This document shows, piece after piece, positions 63,297-64,000 of a DNA stretch of 64,000 nucleotides. Position 1 is the stretch's first letter. The number at the start of each line of letters is the position of its first letter. This stretch comes from Candidatus Saccharimonadota bacterium (GTDB lineage Bacteria; Patescibacteriota; Saccharimonadia; Saccharimonadales; CAIOMD01). A model generated the notes under the pieces. That model did no database searches. It was not told the origin of the DNA and saw nothing but the letters and a program-made list of their open reading frames with translations. The stretch lies in assembly GCA_018062805.1 (NCBI GenBank), contig JAGORN010000001.1, positions 805-64,804 of the forward strand, read 5' to 3'. A program made the translations under genes and the position numbers.

Positions 63297-64000
63297 ATGG
63301 AAAATAAGCAGATTAAAATAATTGTTACTGGCGGTGGTACGGCTGGTCATGTCACTCCCTTGCTAGCAGTGGTAGACGAGCTTAAGCATCAAGCACCAAA
63401 CAGTGTCATTCGCTATATTGGTCAAGGTTCTGACAGAAAGTCTAAGCAGCTTATTGAGTCTAATAAAAATATCGATAAACAGTACAATATTTTTGCTGGT
63501 AAGTTGCGTCGTTTTCATGGCCGAAGCCTTAGTTGGTATTTGAGTCACCCGAGCTTAATTTTAAGGAATATAAGAGATATCTTGTTGGTTGTAATTGGCA
63601 TCTTGCAGTCACTTTATTACCTGATAGGCTGGCGACCAGCAGTTGTATTTGTAAAAGGTGGTTTTGTTGGCTTGCCGGTTGGTTTAGCGGCTGGCTTATT
63701 GCGAATAAACATCGTTACTCACGACAGTGATTCTTTACCTGGACTAACGAACAGAATACTGTCGAAATTTGCAAAAAAATCCGCTGTGGCTATGCCAAAA
63801 GAAGTTTACGCTCAGTATTATAGACAAGAATCTACCATTGAAACTGGGGTACCTGTTGACCAGAAATACTTTCATAGTAAAAGCGCTAAACAGACAGATT
63901 TATTGCGCAGTAAATATAAAATATCTAAAAATACTAAAGTACTTACCTTTGTAGGAGGTAGCTTAGGCGCAGTCCGTCTTAATGATGCCTTGCTAGCTGT
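63297..64000 (+). CDS. murG: undecaprenyl-PP-MurNAc-pentapeptide-UDPGlcNAc GlcNAc transferase MurG (5' part; runs off the window end)
   Basis: My translation is MENKQIKIIVTGGGTAGHVTPLLAVVDELK...VFVKGGFVGLPVGLAAG...VLTFVGGSLGA. It contains the G-loop GGGTAGH typical of MurG. It is absent from the track because no stop lies within the window. Confidence 0.85.
   Translation, partial: MENKQIKIIVTGGGTAGHVTPLLAVVDELKHQAPNSVIRYIGQGSDRKSKQLIESNKNIDKQYNIFAGKLRRFHGRSLSWYLSHPSLILRNIRDILLVVIGILQSLYYLIGWRPAVVFVKGGFVGLPVGLAAGLLRINIVTHDSDSLPGLTNRILSKFAKKSAVAMPKEVYAQYYRQESTIETGVPVDQKYFHSKSAKQTDLLRSKYKISKNTKVLTFVGGSLGAVRLNDALLA

Noticed and set aside
1-64000. Search for CRISPR arrays, rRNA and tRNA genes, and intact transposases, integrases or prophage genes
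   Set aside because: I saw no short direct repeats interspaced with unique spacers. No intergenic region shows tRNA T-arm-like GGTTCGAAT-type motifs. No ORF has recognisable transposase, integrase or phage structural motifs. The only tandem repeats (41929-42718) are in frame and coding.

Overview
The window looks like a gene-dense, about 40% GC chromosome segment from a small-genome bacterium. Almost all genes are on the + strand, and the standard genetic code applies because both RF1 and RF2 are present. The compact housekeeping operons and many short orphan proteins would fit a Patescibacteria/CPR (Saccharibacteria-like) organism, but that is inference only.

Core content:
- Translation genes: rpmE, rpsB-tsf, rpmA, prfA (partial), prfB, hpf, and proS, lysS, serS and glyQS.
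- Envelope and secretion genes: uppS, rseP, secA, ftsEX plus a PcsB-like CHAP hydrolase, and an S41 protease.
- DNA repair genes: xseAB and recO.
- A compact dcw cluster at the 3' end: mraZ-rsmH-ftsL-ftsI-mraY-ftsW-murG.
- I found no rRNA, tRNA, CRISPR array or intact mobile element.

Most notable observations:
1. An AT-rich type II restriction-modification (R-M) pair whose C5-cytosine methyltransferase is fused in frame to a complete, apparently cleavage-competent LexA repressor. A 17-bp perfect palindrome sits in its promoter.
2. A degenerate histidine-kinase-like protein and a receiver whose phospho-acceptor Asp is replaced by Glu, translationally coupled to recO.
3. A perfect 318-bp tandem duplication inside a repeat protein.
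4. Two unannotated paralogous small ORFs flanking a zinc-ribbon gene.
5. Two short 55-58% GC islands, one carrying a small ORF plus a candidate structured sRNA.
6. Many promoters whose -10 box lies 6-12 nt from the ATG, implying leaderless mRNAs.
7. Four phased GTGGGTA boxes upstream of mraZ.
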